DNA of 64,000 bases from Phoronis australis (lineage: Eukaryota; Animalia; Phoronida): assembly GCA_002633005.1 (NCBI GenBank), contig NMRA01000177.1:449942-513941 (forward strand), given 5' to 3'. Within the stretch, counting starts at the first letter, position 1. Each line of letters begins with the position of its first letter. This document shows positions 54,101 to 63,759 of the stretch, piece by piece. The notes below the pieces were generated by a model. It did not search any database. It had not been told where the DNA came from and saw only the letters and a list, made by a program, of their open reading frames with translations. The position numbers and the translations under genes were made by a program.

Positions 54101-57100
54101 AGTTTAATAAGCGGCAGCACAATATCTGTGAATATCAAAATGTTACCAAGTATCAAAAATACGTCCATGTAGTAGTAGACATTAGATATGTGTCCCATTC
54201 CACGATACATGGTATGGATGAGTACAAGAGCCACCGTGAACAGTGGCGGATTTGGGGGGGGGGCAAGCGGCCATGCCCCCCCAAATTTTTCCCAGATTCC
54301 ATTTGGCATTTCAGGGATGCGAATGTCTGACGACAGGCAAAATCCTGGCTAAAACTCTGTCCTGCCCTCCCCCCACTCAAAATCCTGGATCCGCCCCAGG
54401 TGAATGCTTACTGCATTTGAAAATCCTGCTCTTGTTTGGAAACTCACTCAACAAGAGATGTTTGTTACGAATGACTAACGAAAACATTTTTTTTCTGCAG
54501 TTTTAGAGCAAGCAATAACACATGGACTTTTGCAGCCTGTCTTTTTGCAAGTTAAAAGGCTCCAGTTATTTACGCAGATGCTATCAAATTAACTAATTTA
54601 TTCTTTGTTTGTCTAAGGTCCCCCCACTAATGAAGGCATTGATCCCATCAAGCCTGGCTATCAGAACAACAATGCTGTTTATTGCGGTCCCTGATAAAAC
54701 AATGGTCAAACATAACTGGGTTTATTGTTGCTGTGGAAGGAATTTGAAGATAAGCAAATTCTCTGAGTTTTAGAAATCTTTGTGGCCAAATGTTCCTCAA
54801 GTTATACAGGGTCACTACTAAAAGTCTGGCTTGTGTTTGGATCAAGAGTGCTGAAATGGAGAGTGGAAGCATTTGGTTGAAATTGATCTGATCAATGCTT
54901 AGTTCATTGGATTTGCTATGAAAAACTTGGGCTTCCTGAAAGGAAAGGTTAAGTTATTAGGGGAAATTGTCGCATTTTGCTTTAAGTGGCTTAAGCCTGC
55001 TTTCAGTAGAAAGAGCTATACCACTGTAAAATTGATCTTAACTTGTTCTGTACTCAGATGAGAAGTGATTTTTCATCTTACAAAGAACGTGCAGTTTGTT
55101 TTAACCCGAGACCATGTTTGCCGAATAGAATGTCGCCTTGTGTGACAAGTCGACTTTTAGAACTTTGTCTCAGGCAATAATGAACCTTTGGATGTTTCCA
55201 AGCCCACGAATGACACCTGTTTTTACGGAACAATTTGAGACCAATTTCATAGTGGTAAGTGTTCTTAATCAAAAGTTGATTTTTGTGACGGAAGTTGGGT
55301 TTATAGCCGGTTTCAACCGCAATAAAATCTCGTTAATTTAGGACACAGTATGGCCGACAGGTGAAATTTTATTTTCTCATTCATCATAATGGCCACGTTG
55401 TACCAAAATAGTGCTTTGCCATGCAGGGTTAGTAAAAGCAGTTCTTTGTAAATACTGCTTTTAGTCATGTAACTGTCCTAGTTGGACTGTGTAACTACAT
55501 ACAGTTTAACAAAAGGGTTCTGCTCCTGGCAAAGTAGGTATAGCTGAATAGCTAAAGCCAGGAATGATTGCCTAAGCTGCTGTTCTGAGCTCCTATGTGC
55601 CACAAATTCTGCTCAAAGCCTTTCAATGCATTGCTCAGATGGTGTGCGCCCGTCAGTGTAAGAAACTTGCACAAGCTACAAAACCCACATTGAAAAGTGC
55701 TTCGGATATAAACACCAGTTTTCTAAACTAATGGATTGACTTTAATATCTTGCTAGCAGTTGTAACTGTCTGTTATATAACCACAAAACATACATGTCCT
55801 GGGTGTAATTTGTAATTAATTCTGTCTGCTAGGTGAAGTAATTGCTTTAACCAGCTCTTGTTCTCGTTCTTGTCTCATTAGGTGTAAATGCTTCCGTTTT
55901 ACTAGTTCAATGCCAAGATTTGTTGTAAAAATGACAAGGTGAACGTTGAGGCCAGGGTAGTCGTCACCACTTAACAAAAACAGCTTGTAAGAAAATGAAG
56001 TGGCATGTCAATCCATCTGTCCACAGTCTATGATTCACTTTACAAGATTTTGCCTCTCTGGAAACTGAAACAGCTGGCTTATTCAATTATAGTGTTTTTG
56101 CTAAGTAACTTTCATCAGATTTCTGACTGAAGATCCTTGTTTGACAAAATGTCCAGGAAATGAACTCTTATAATCAGATTTTTTTGGTTGCCGTGTAACC
56201 TCAGATTCAGTCATGGAACAGTTGTGCGCGTGCATTTCCAATTCTACCTTCATAGTTATCTTTTTAGCGAGAGCTTCAGAATTTCTGCGCTAACCAGAAA
56301 ATAAAGCTACCACAGGAAATTTCATAAACCATGAGACTCCTCCTGTTTAAAGCATGTTGCATTAATTTTACCAACTGGGAGTTCTCCTGATTTACTAAAC
56401 AATGTAAGGGACTTGTTGCTAAGCTATAAATTACGTGTGGTGTCTAATCATGGAACAACATTGTGATTTGTCCCGTTAATTCCCAGAATTTCTCAACTGA
56501 TTAGGTCGATGAGTTCGTTCCAGAATACCTATCCTAAATCTTTCTTAGAAAATCCTAGGACACATGTCTGCCAGAACCTGTCATCAATAAAATTGCTGTG
56601 CGGGATTTAATTTTAGGAAAATGGCTATTTAAACTGTGTAGACTCCCCCCTCCCGCAGTGTTGCTAAATAGTTAATAATTGTTGAGGCATTTATCAGAAA
56701 ATTCCACTTCTCTGTTATATTGGGTCCAGAAATAGATTTATTAACTATAAACAATTCCCCAGAGCTGGTGTTTGACTGTAGCCCTTTGCTAATGATAATG
56801 TCTGTTAGTTTATCATCTTTATCCATGATGGCCATTGGGTAACTCCTAAACCTTAGGTCTTCAATTTTGATAAAATAACCTGTTTACCCAGACAGGTTTA
56901 CCAATACAGGAGCCCTGCCTCGGGTTATTTTCTTTACACTTCAAACCTTAAAATGACCATTGGGCAGTGAAGAAAGCAATGAGAGACAGTAACAAACATG
57001 TGTAATCCAAGATAATTAGGGGGTGTTCAGCTTAGTGAGGAAGCCCTGTTGTGAAATATCCTGTGTGGTAAATTCACCAATATCTACCATATGACATTGA

Positions 57101-60100
57101 GTGCACTGAATGTACAGACGTTGAACACTAAATGGAGGTGTGTAGAAGGTTGTGGGGATGCGACAGCCCCAACAATTGTCTATTTAGGTGGGGAAGCAAC
57201 GTAAATAAAAGGTGGCAAATTTGTTTGCACACCGTCCACACACCTCCCCCCACGTGGAAACAGTAGTCTTACACCTGCTTTGACAGTTTGCTGTAACAAG
57301 CACTTCATTACCTCAAATGTCGCTCAGCTATTTGTAACAGAAAACAAAATTCAGCTTCCCTCAGTAAAAATTTTACTGTTTAATGTGGCCAACTTCGCAT
57401 CACTCAATATGACAGAGAAATGAAATCGTATTATCTCATTTTTCCACAATAGTGTAAAACAGGCCAAGCCATATTTTGGCATTTTCAAGTAGAAATTCAT
57501 GACAGTTTTAGAGTCCTTTGGAGAATGAAAACAGGGTAATTCTGGCAATGACTTTGTCCGACATTGGTGACACGTTACTCACCTTGTCTCCTACTAATTC
57601 TTTCCATTAATACTTTGCCCATAGACTTACGGCTGTGATTCCAAATGTTACACCTGTTTTCCAGGTGGTCACAAGGATGAAGAAATGGAACGAGAAAAGT
57701 GGGAGAGGCGCGTGAGGCGTAACTATGGCAACCACCACCGCCACAAGAGGTCCTTCAGTCTGGAGCGTAAGGTGGAGACCCTGGTTGTTGTCGATCCCAA
57801 GATGGTTCACTATTACAAAGATGAGGACATTGAAACATATGTGCTGACTATAATGAATATGGTAAGTACTGTGAATGCCGGGTCCAGGGCCCTGATTTAT
57901 GTTTGAGGTTCCATGGCAGATGAATATATCAATTCGCGTCTCCTAGATGGTTGGATCACAGGATAGTTCACAAAAATAAATATTTTGCACTATTTAGAAA
58001 TGCAACAAAACTACGGTAAAATTTCGGAGAAAAATGGTTGCCAAAATTGCTACATTTTCATTTTTTAAAGCTTTCTAACATTCTTGTGACTGCCCACAAT
58101 TTTTCAAAACATTGTCTCATGGTAGCTGTGGTATTGAGCCTGAACGCTGAAAAGTGTTAATATGGTCCTTCCCGTCTCATGGAAAGTGTTAATATGGTCC
58201 TTCCCGTCTCATGAAAAGTGTTAATATGGTCCTTCCCGTGTCGTGGAAAGTGTTAATATGGTCCTTCCCGTCTCATGGAAAGTGTTAATATGGTCCTTCC
58301 CGTCTCATGGAAAGTGTTAATATGGTCCTTCCCGTCTCATGGAAAAAGTGAGAAAATAAGATTTCAATTGTCCGCCACAATGCATCCTAAATTTATCAGA
58401 ATTTACCGTACTTCAAGTCCAGGGCATTTACTCACAATGCCACGTTTTTGCACCAAGATGATTCGTATATTACTTGCTTCTAATAGAATAAATATACGTA
58501 AATAAAACAACAATAAGGGATCACTGAAATTTTTGGATATAATAACATCCTTCGTCAACAGAAACGGAAAATTTCAGTGATCCATTTTTGTTGTTTTATT
58601 TACGTAAATTTATTCTACTTTTCGACAAACAAGTGTATCCTTTAGAGGATCTGGATTGCCTCTTAGTTTTGGATTTATTTTCTACGTTGTTGCTACTAAT
58701 GAAATTTATTACAACACCTGACTTTCCTTGGTAAGACACAAATGGTACTCAAAAGTGCCTGAAATTTCAGAAACTACAAGCCAAGTATACATTGTGACCA
58801 AAAACTATACCTAATTCTTACATAAAAGACTAAATTCTAATTCATTTGGAAAGAAGAAAAAATTCATTGCAAAAATGACAAGTTTGGTCAAAATTTTTTC
58901 TGTTATTCTGATGAAATTAGTTATACATTGGTTTGTTATATTCAGTAAGGTTGCGCAAATAATTGAAAATTTCGTGTTTCCATCCACCAGGTGGCTACCA
59001 TGTACCATGATGCGAGTATAGGGAATGCGGTGAACATAGTGTTGGTGCGAATGATGCTTTTGGAGGAAGATGAGGTATGTTACCATAGCAACGTCTTGTT
59101 CACTGTAGAATGTGCAAATTATGGTCATGTAGTTAATGAATTAAAAAGACAAAAAAGTATGTTTTGAAAGTGCAGTGATTTTCGACCAAAAGAAATTTCT
59201 CCAATCTGTGAAAAAGATGAACCCCTTTATGGTGTTTAGTCGACTTGCATTGTTTTGCAACTATGTGTTATGCTTTTATGTAAGAGATTTGAAGATTTGG
59301 ACTTGAAAACGATTGTCTGGGAACTCCAATCACATGAGGGCTCCTGATCATGACCTGTCCCAAATCAACATCAACTGGTTATTATGCAGTGCCTCTGTTT
59401 TATAGTAGAGAGTGCATTTTGGAGCCTACGTATTGCGGTGGGCCAGCATTGAAAAACTTACCGCTGTATGAGCCTTTAGCAAATCCTATGCTGCTAGTTT
59501 TGATTTGTGTTTTGTAGTGGAACCATTTGTATTTTTTAATACTAGTTGCCGTTTCTTATAATTACTCACGATAAAACTGTGGTAGGAGTGGAGTTCACTG
59601 ACTGCGTCAACGGGAACATTCTCTGCAGCTGGACTGACCTAATTTGCTCTCCGTGGGACTTCAAGTGATCTATTTGTCATTGCCCGGGGCTGATCCAGGA
59701 TTTTGAGTTAGGGGGCTTGGGCAGAATATTAGCTAGGATTTTGCCCGTCAGATATTCGCACCCCGTACTGCCAAATGGAATCTGTGAGAATTTTAGGAGG
59801 GCCATGGTCTTCTTGCCCCCCCCTCAAATCCGCCACTGATTGCAAAGCCAAGTCCAGCACACCTTTTAAAATTTGTTATAAATTACGGAAACCCAAAAGT
59901 GGTCAACCCGCTCGATGATCTGTGAAGTAGACAAACTGTTTTGTTTTACAGGAATTTTCAAAAATACTTACCAACCTGCACAAGGTTTGTCCTGTGTATG
60001 TCTTGGTGATATATTTCCTTCCCACGTGTTTCTCTCATTTTAAGATTTCTTTTCAGCAGCGTGATAAGGTGTTCTGCTGACTGAAATTAATTTCATGTTT

Positions 60101-63100
60101 GTTTACAGTGTATTTCCCTTCTGCTCAGTGTGAAGTGTCTTTCCTTTTTTAGATTATTTATCAATATTCGGTTAGCTTATTTAATGAGCTGAGAGTTAGT
60201 TTGCTACTTTGCTTTACATGTTTTGTGTCTGCTTCTCTCAGCCAAATCATAACCACCCGTTATAAAATGTAAACGCCATTTTTAAAAACCAACAGCTTGT
60301 AACATGGTTTCTTAGTTGTGTTAATGTTTGAAATGACACTTTCGCTTATTCAGCACTTTGATGCTAATTTAGAATATAAGAAAATTTTGGCTTAAATATT
60401 TAATTCTGTGTCCCTTCGCGTGTGAGCTATGCTTTATTCTGCTATTAATTAATATTCCTTTTTCACAAACTGTGCAAATTAGGCGTTGATTTTCAAAAAT
60501 GCCACCTTACTGGTCACGTGCAATGTTATATTTAGAGTAGCTTATGCCGTGTGCTGCTACTACAGGCTTTGTGTGGTTTTCAAATTGTTATCTTGCGTTT
60601 ATCGTTTGTTTAGTAATCCGCAGTATCATAGGCCGTAAATTGAAACGTAGGTCTTTGGCTTATGTTGAGATGCGCTGGTTACTTTTTTATAAGTTTGAAA
60701 TTTGAAAGAGTTAGTTTACGCTGCATTTCAATCTACTTGCTTGCTGCTTCACTGAACTGTATCTTATTGTGTACTGGGCAATAAGATTTTGTGTACACGT
60801 GTTCTGCTAAATATGCGACTCCAATGGACTCACTGCCTCCCGGATGGAGTGCTGCTTCAGCTGCCAAAATGAGGTACTCTTTTACATAATGCAGAGGTGG
60901 TGCCGCTGCATGTTCAAAAGCTAGATGAACGCAATACCTGGGCAACTGGAAAAAACGGTTACCAAGAAAAGCCTTCAGTCTTGTTCTCACTGTGAGTTAC
61001 CCGAGAACAACTTGCCCGAGAGCAACTTGCTCCCGTTCAGTCGAGCGCGTGCACTGCACATCCCACACTTAGTCATAAATACGACACAAACAGGGTTAGA
61101 CCCTGTACGCATTTAGACATCAATTTTTGATCCGGCGCAACTGACACGGAGCAAACTGACTCCTGTCAAGTGGCCGTTTACACACTCAACTCACTAACTG
61201 TGGCAAGACGGAAATTACAGGCTGGAGAGACTGAATCGCACATGCGCAGGTTTACAAATGACGAGAGTTGCAGAGAAAAAGAATCCGTATGTTGGTCATT
61301 AGGCAAGCGCAGTAGAGATGATCCTTTCCGCCTTGCCCCAGTTTCGCATTTAGACATATAATTGACACGGAGCAAGATGTTCGGACGCAAACTGCTCTAC
61401 CTCACCAATGGGTGGCAAAAATTTGTCACCGCGGTGTCAACTGGCTCCGCGTCAATCCGTTTATACACTTGAACTTTTCGTTCCGTGTCAGCTGATCCGT
61501 GTCTAATTTTGAAGTGTAAACGGGACTTAAGTGAGCAAGCATTAAGCTGTTAATGACTTCTGCCTTGTCTGGAGGTTTGGGTCCGTACTATGACTCGCGC
61601 TGAGTAAGTTATCTTGTTAGAAGAAGTTACCTTACCTCAGTAAGGTGGGGCGATGTCAAGCGTGTGTCATGTTTCCCCAGTACAAATGTCATCCACATTA
61701 CTACTAAGCCTAGCCATGACTCATGTAAGGTAACTCAGTGTGGACAAAACTTTAATGCTGAAAAACCATACCCAAGATAATTGTACGAAGCCAAAAAATC
61801 CACCCCAAAACAATACCTGAGACTGTGCAGCCCGTCTCTGCTAGCACCATCTGCAGGAGAGTTTCCTTCAGCACCTCTTGTTTTTTGCCAGGGGTACAGC
61901 CAGAATCTGATGGCTTCAAGATGTAACTTTGAACTTTGAATGCAGGCAAGGTCTATCAGAGTGATCATATACAACAGGACATGTGGAAGCAAAACAGTTC
62001 ACACTAAAACTAACCTGGCTTACATTTCATTATTTCCCTGCCTGTAACCTGTGTTTTATCGCTTTTGCTTGTTTTTCACAGAAAGATCTGGTGATCAGTC
62101 ACCATGCCGACAACACTCTGAAGAGTTTCTGCGCCTGGCAGAAGAACATTAACCCCAAAGATGACAGCCACGCTAACCACCATGATGTGGCCGTGCTGTT
62201 GACTAGGTAGATGTTGTTACTTGTTTTTAGGGTTTAGTGATTTGTGTTTGTAAGCCCTATTTTCACGTGATGATGAAAATTTTATATTTTGTATTCAGTG
62301 GCATTTAGGAAGTGATTTAGAAGGTACGTAACGAACTGTCAGGAAGTAGGATTGACGACGTAGAACTCTTGAAATTGACTTTATCACATCTGTTCACTGA
62401 GAAGTGTTTTGACTCATCATTGTGTGATATCTTTTGTATAACTTTGGTTTAAAATTAGCTTTTCTGTTATGTTTCTTTTCTTTTCTTTTGCCTGTATATA
62501 AATAAACCCCAGTGTTAACAGCCATTTTAGCAGTCTTTTTTGTATGAACGTGTTTTGTTCATTGCCAGGTGAAACATCTATTCTGATATGAACAAGTTTT
62601 GATAATTGTTTAATAGAACTTCTGTTAATGCCTGGGCAACTTTTGTTCTGTGCCAGTTACTATTTATGTTCTGGTATGAACAGGTTTTGTTCTTTACCAA
62701 GTAGAATCTAAGTTCGCGCGTGAAGAAATTCTTTTCTTTTTTCAGATACAACATCTGCTCTCGTATGAACCAGCCATGCAGCACACTGGGACTGGCGCAA
62801 GTGTCTGGTATGTGTCAGCCCCATCGTAGTTGTAATGTGAACGAAGACACTGGCCTGGCACTGGCCTACACCGTCGCCCATGAACTGGGTCACAAGTATG
62901 TGCTTATTTATTTTGGTTTGTTTTTTTTTCATGTACAGGTTACTCTTTGTCTTGTTTTCGCCAACTTCAAACACTGAATCAGTTTCGTCAATATGCATAT
63001 TTAGTGAAGACATGTCTGGCACTGTTATGATGTGATTTGCTCACGGAAATGGGATATGAATTGCTCAGTCGCATCAATTGTCAATTATTCTGTGAGATAT

Positions 63101-63759
63101 TTTCCCATTCAGGTAACATTTTAGCAGTAGAAACCTATTGTGCATTAGGATTAATTGGTGTGTGCTGAAAATAGTTACTATACCCATTGTTCACCAGGTC
63201 TATAGCGCAGGAATAATTTTCAAAGCACTTTTCCAAGTGGCATGTAAAAGAGCTTTATAATAATTTTTACTATTTTTTATTTTGACATTTGAACTTTATT
63301 CAACAATTCAATTTTATATGAATCTCAGTAAAGACGCTATTATCCTTTCATTTTCATTTTATGTCAACATTGAGAGTATTTCATAAAAATTCCAAGAAGT
63401 CGTCCTCTCATGCTAATGTGAAACTTTTCATGAAAACAGCGTTTTGGGAATAGCACAGGAAGTAGTGATTCATACTGTCATTTGATGATGGCTAAATATG
63501 AACAGTTTTCTAGGGCCTCACACCACCTCAAACCTGATAATAATTTACTTTACGACAAAAGTCTTTGATAGTCTCTGATATTTTTCGTCTTCACTTTTTC
63601 ATTTATTCTCAGCTTTGGCATGAAGCACGATTCGTACATCAACGGCTGTATGGTGAGAGATGGTGACCGGCGCTATGTTATGTCACCACAGTTACATGTG
63701 GACACCAGTCCTCTGATTTGGTCCAACTGTAGTCGGGCGGAAATCACTAAGTTCCTGGA
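11994..63759 (+). CDS. ADAMTS7: ADAMTS7/ADAMTS12-like metalloproteinase, 5' partial gene model: join(11994..12138,15350..15693,52955..53129,57665..57861,58991..59074,62082..62206,62746..62895,63613..63759); continues beyond the window
   Basis: Eight GT-AG-bounded exons with compatible phases (1,0,1,0,0,2,2,2) give one open frame of 1367 nt. Peptides [66 protein letters not shown] and MSPQL closely match vertebrate ADAMTS7/12 as I recall them. Probably co-orthologous to both 7 and 12. Confidence 0.93.
15350..15693 (+). CDS. ADAMTS7: ADAMTS7/12-like exon 2 (Pep_M12B propeptide)
   Basis: T-rich tract + CAG acceptor. Encodes [14 protein letters not shown]...[13 protein letters not shown]...CHFVGEI...VAISTCNGL. 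Donor TTG|GTAAGT. Confidence 0.93.
24162..24390. mobile_element. ~235-bp TA-flanked Tc1/mariner-like MITE copy
   Basis: TACGATAAAATTTCACCGATT ... GTCCTAAATTGGTGACACTGTA. Confidence 0.55.
25854..25927 (-). mobile_element. tRNA-derived SINE head / pseudo-tRNA
   Basis: Minus strand: A box TGGCTCAGTGG, stem TCTGC/GCAGA with 7-nt loop ACGGTTA, B box GGTTCGAGTCC. Mismatched acceptor stem and no U33, so not a functional tRNA. Confidence 0.75.
26058..26658. mobile_element. PIF/Harbinger-like MITE (~600 bp)
   Basis: AGGCCTGTTCATGCGACTTT at left; near-perfect inverted AAAGTCGCATGAACGG at ~26567 and terminal GTGAATGGGCCT; CpG-rich body. Confidence 0.5.
27538..28042. mobile_element. PIF/Harbinger-like MITE (~505 bp)
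   Basis: TIRs GCCCCTTTCATATTGAC / GTTAGTATGAAAGGCTC; internal repeated CGAAGTTAAC and TTCATAC/TTG motifs; CpG-rich. Confidence 0.6.
28271..28502. repeat. 21-bp minisatellite (ACATGGCTCAGAACTTTTCAA), ~7-8 good units plus degenerate flanks
   Basis: Direct read; explains the repetitive [21 protein letters not shown] ORFs. Confidence 0.95.
31281..31506. repeat. 60-bp tandem repeat, ~3.5 copies
   Basis: The 60-nt lines starting at 31321, 31381 and 31441 are near-identical. Confidence 0.93.
32431..32828 (+). mobile_element. ~400-bp PIF/Harbinger-like MITE, copy 1
   Basis: TIRs AGTGCCGTTTACAC / GTCTAAACGGGACT; aligns in reverse to 61105-61527 along its length. Confidence 0.85.
33112..33319. mobile_element. 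Tc1-like MITE (~208 bp)
   Basis: TA-flanked TIR AGGGTGACCCAA / TTGGGTCACCCT. Confidence 0.55.
34984..35063. mobile_element. ~80-bp palindromic MITE (relatives at 41383-41448, 46710-46792, 52504-52580)
   Basis: Arms GGTCCTGAATTTTGACAACCAGTTTT / AAAACTGGTTCTCAAAATATAGGACC; AAACTGGTTCTCAAAAT recurs in other copies. Confidence 0.72.
36786..36989. mobile_element. ~235-bp family MITE copy (another family end at ~36670-36715)
   Basis: TACATTAAAATCTCACCAATTTAGGACGCAATATGGC ... GTCCAAAATTCATGGCATTTTACCGTA. Confidence 0.6.
37597..37660 (-). mobile_element. Degenerate tRNA-derived SINE remnant
   Basis: Minus strand TGGCCTAGTG (A-box-like) and GGGTTCGAGTCT (B-box-like) at tRNA-like spacing. Confidence 0.5.
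39607..39738 (+). mobile_element. CAG-ended MITE with 5-bp TSD GCACT
   Basis: GCACT|CAGTGGCGGATTT...CCTGGATTCGCCCCTG|GCACT; homologous to the 54241 and 59684 copies. Confidence 0.85.
43432..43667. mobile_element. ~235-bp family MITE copy
   Basis: TACAGTAAATTCTCATCCATTCAGGGCACAATATGG ... GTCCAAAATTGGCGAGGTTTTATCGTA; 236 bp. Confidence 0.6.
46710..46792. mobile_element. ~80-bp palindromic MITE copy
   Basis: ATTTTGAGAACCAGTTT ... AAACTGGTTCTCAAAAT, a perfect 17-bp inverted pair; TACAG at left end. Confidence 0.72.
48233..48372. repeat. Two tandem ~70-bp GC-rich mini inverted-repeat units
   Basis: Both contain GCAGCACTGA...AGCCCCCCAGCCCCC...TGGTGT.CCATC, and each unit has decayed complementary ends. 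Confidence 0.7.
48398..48475. repeat. Degenerate ~20-22-bp tandem repeat (CTGCCTTCTCT core) x4
   Basis: CTGCCTT recurs four times at ~20-22-bp spacing. Confidence 0.7.
49293..49473. repeat. 73-bp direct duplication (49293-49365, 49401-49473)
   Basis: Two copies differing by about 3 substitutions, separated by 35 bp. Confidence 0.92.
52955..53129 (+). CDS. ADAMTS7: ADAMTS7/12-like exon 3 (prodomain)
   Basis: tttcag acceptor. Encodes [16 protein letters not shown]...PHLVYK...FCGSD, the direct continuation of CNGL in ADAMTS prodomains. Donor G|GTAATA, phase 1. Confidence 0.92.
54241..54399 (+). mobile_element. CAG-ended MITE with 5-bp TSD GTGAA
   Basis: GTGAA|CAGTGGCGGATTT...CCTGGATCCGCCCCAG|GTGAA. 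Confidence 0.87.
57665..57861 (+). CDS. ADAMTS7: ADAMTS7/12-like exon 4 (furin site, start of catalytic domain)
   Basis: ttttccag acceptor. Encodes RRVRR...RHKR|[19 protein letters not shown]...YVLTIMNM. Donor ATG|GTAAGT. Confidence 0.95.
58012..58410. mobile_element. ~235-bp family MITE copy expanded by an internal 32-bp array
   Basis: TACGGTAAAATTTC...TGGTTGCCAAAA left end; ...TCCTAAATTTATCAGAATTTACCGTA right end. Confidence 0.65.
58151..58342. repeat. 32-bp minisatellite x6 (AAAGTGTTAATATGGTCCTTCCCGTCTCATGG)
   Basis: Six near-identical head-to-tail units, no spacers. Confidence 0.95.
58484..58617. repeat. Fold-back inverted repeat, ~50-bp arms
   Basis: TAGAATAAATATACGTAAATAAAACAACAATAAGGGATCACTGAAATTT pairs with AAATTTCAGTGATCCATTTTTGTTGTTTTATTTACGTAAATTTATTCTA, with few mismatches. 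Confidence 0.9.
58991..59074 (+). CDS. ADAMTS7: ADAMTS7/12-like exon 5 (not in ORF track)
   Basis: ccaccag acceptor. 84 nt, [28 protein letters not shown]. Donor GAG|GTATGT. Confidence 0.94.
59684..59838 (-). mobile_element. CAG-ended MITE with 5-bp TSD ATTGC (inverted copy)
   Basis: ATTGC|CCGGGGCTGATCCAGG...AAATCCGCCACTG|ATTGC; its reverse complement aligns to 54241-54399. Confidence 0.87.
61105..61527 (-). mobile_element. ~400-bp PIF/Harbinger-like MITE, copy 2 (inverted)
   Basis: Shared blocks such as GGGTGGCAAAAATTTGTCACCGCG, GCGCAGTAGAGATGATCCTTT and TGGCAAGACGGAAATTACAGGCTGGAGAGACTG are reverse complements of copy 1; ends GTGTAAACGGGACT. Confidence 0.85.
62082..62206 (+). CDS. ADAMTS7: ADAMTS7/12-like exon 6
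   Basis: tttttcacag acceptor. [41 protein letters not shown](R). Donor AG|GTAGAT, phase 2. Confidence 0.95.
62746..62895 (+). CDS. ADAMTS7: ADAMTS7/12-like exon 7 (first half of Zn-binding motif)
   Basis: Long polypyrimidine tract + [52 protein letters not shown]. Donor AA|GTATGT. Confidence 0.96.
63613..63759 (+). CDS. ADAMTS7: ADAMTS7/12-like exon 8 (third Zn His, Met-turn; not in ORF track)
   Basis: ttctcag acceptor. (N)[12 protein letters not shown]...[28 protein letters not shown]. Donor GA|GTAAGT. Confidence 0.95.

Noticed and set aside
58151-58342. CRISPR-like 32-bp repeats (also the 21- and 60-bp arrays)
   Set aside because: Head-to-tail with no unique spacers, no cas genes, and located in a spliceosomal intron.
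60814-60879. WW-domain-like LPPGW peptide
   Set aside because: Stop after 21 codons; lacks the aromatic cluster and second Trp.
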